Source of the DNA: Lama glama
Taxonomy: Eukaryota
NCBI GenBank assembly: GCA_028534125.1
Contig: CM052818.1
Span: 44,084,001-44,148,000, forward strand
DNA: 64,000 nt
Reading direction: 5' to 3'
Made by a program: the position numbers and the translations under genes. Every line of letters starts with the position of its first letter. Positions within the stretch are counted from its first letter, which is position 1. Positions 62,075 to 64,000 of the stretch are shown here, piece after piece. Under the pieces are notes generated by a model. It was not told the DNA's origin. It saw nothing but the letters and a program-made list of their open reading frames with translations, and did no database searches.

Positions 62075-64000
62075 TTATGACTTCTAATTGGACAACTAAA
62101 TGCATAGCCATATCAGTTACTAAAATATATTCTATTGATTTTAAAACATTTTGTCTTCGGATAGTTTTCTTAAATTTATGGTGTATGTTATAACTGGTAG
62201 TACCTTAAAATCAAGAAATGATATTATGTGTAAATGTGTTGAAAGTTTTAGAAGTAAACGTTTAACATTTGGCAAAGGAGAAATAGAACAGGTTTGCTTA
62301 TTACACGGCAGCCTGTCAAAAAATGCAGTTCACCAGAAGAGACTCTATCCTAAACGTTCTGTCAAATCAGTTTTACTGAATTCCATTCCATGATAACTCA
62401 CAGTCCTTTTAACCAAGCAATAATAGGTAGCCACAGAGTGTGGAATAACCCACGTCCCTCTGAGAAATTTTCCTAGCTTGAAGTTTCAGGATTACTCACC
62501 GTAATCTTACTACACACCTAGCCCTGAGATGGACGGCAGTTCCCAAAATGACACATATCACTGTGGCTCTCACTCTATTGTCCAGAACTGGTCTCGTGGT
62601 CCCACCTGATGACACCGGAGTGAGGGAGAGCACATGGATACTCAGTGAATGTTTCCATCTCCTACTCCCTAACAGTCACGTGAACTGAAACATTACTTAA
62701 TTTGAACATTTTTTCTTTCTCTAGATAGATGGGGCTATAGATACCCACTTTATGTGGTTTGGGTAAAGAATAGATCAGAAGATAAATGTAGAAGACTATC
62801 ATATGGTAAATCCTCCAGAACCAAGTTACCCGCTTGTATTGGTCCCATAAATCAAAGTTTCTTAACCAAAGTATGGAGCACAGCCACCTGCTATCATAAG
62901 CTAAGTTTTGTGAAAGTATGAGTATGTCCATTTTTTTGTAGAGTGGTCATTACTTTCCATCAGATTTTCAGAGAGATGTTGGGCCCAACATGTTAAGAGT
63001 CAAATGATTTTCTTACCTGAAAAATAGAACAAAAACCAAAAAAACCCCACAACACCAAGTCAGACTCCAGACAGTGATCTATGTGGTTCTCTCTTTCCTA
63101 GAAGGAGTTAGGCTCAGAACCGTGGCCTCCAGCCAGCTCTCAGTACGTGCCACATCCTCCTTGTCTTTGCTCCTCAGTGCATCCCGCTTGCCTGGATGTC
63201 TCCCACCTTTGACTGGTCACTGCTCTCTAAGCACCCCCTTCTCAGAGCTTCTTACCATTAGGCTCTGTGATCTGAGCTCCTCCAGTTTCTCTTCCTGCTT
63301 CCATAAGGCCCTCTCTTCATACAGAGCCATGAGGCTGGCTCCTGAATTACAGCCCTGCTAATGGGAAAAATTCCACTGCACCCAATGAATTCAGTAATTC
63401 CCACACATTATTTCTCTTCAATTTGATTTGCTATTCCTGAGGGTCTGCACGAAGCAGTGTAAAATTGCTCAGTTCTGTCAGGAGATCATAGTGTTGGTTG
63501 GATGTTTTTAAAATTCCCTTTTTTCCCCAGTTAAATCTCCTGTGTCAATTCTAGCTACAATTTGTCAGCATCTGAGGCCTTGCATACCTTTCTCCAAAAC
63601 AACTGCAATTAAGAGAAATCACTTCTCATTAAACCTGGAAGGATCTGTTCTTAGTTAAAGGCCACTATTCCTCATTCAAATACCTTCTGGGAATTTTAAG
63701 CCATTCTGTGGAGCAGTATTTATGCCTTTAACCTTGAAATCATGTGGATTGTTTAATTCTTAATGAAATCATGTCATATACATACATTTTGATCTTAAAA
63801 TGAATTAATGTGGTCTGTTTTCAACTTCCCCTTTTTATCCTGAAAAACTTGGCAAAGAATCAGATTACGTTGCAGGTTCAGATTCAGAAGAAGTGAGAAT
63901 TATTACCTCGTTTTCCAAGTTTTGATGCTTATTCTAGGGTTATTTCTGTGTAGGTAAGACCAGTGAGCTTATAGTGCATGAACCTCTCTTATTTTCATAT

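Noticed and set aside
1..64000. A novel multi-gene system or intact ERV/L1
   Set aside because: There are no long ORFs outside the gaps. All LTRs are solo and of different families, with no internal gag/pol/env, and all L1s are truncated or decayed. Small exons cannot be fully excluded without alignment.

Overview
This is mammalian, non-coding, repeat-rich genomic DNA (intergenic or deep intronic) with two 500-N assembly gaps. Five tRNA-Ala(AGC)-derived SINEs of the camelid Vic-1 type and lineage-type L1 3' ends suggest a camelid (alpaca/camel) genome; I saw no Alu, B1, Bov-A or PRE-1 elements. I could not support any host protein-coding exon. The only protein-like ORFs are fossil transposon fragments: an L1 ORF2 C-terminus and a Tc2/Kanga-type transposase remnant. 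The window holds ancient eutherian repeats (MIR, L2, L1M, MaLR/ERVL/ERV1 solo LTRs, hAT-Charlie and Tigger elements), younger L1 and SINE insertions with visible target-site duplications (TSDs), and several repeat-free, homeobox-motif-rich blocks that look like conserved enhancers. I found no convincing new multi-gene system. The best leads are a candidate L1 3' transduction (29393-29594), a candidate SINE 3' read-through copy (42308-42483), two twin-priming L1 inversions, four L1 stubs truncated at nearly the same point, an AT-rich fold-back element with inverted ends and 5-bp flanking repeats (33302-33555), and candidate conserved non-coding elements. Repeat family names come from memory of consensus sequences, not from a database search.
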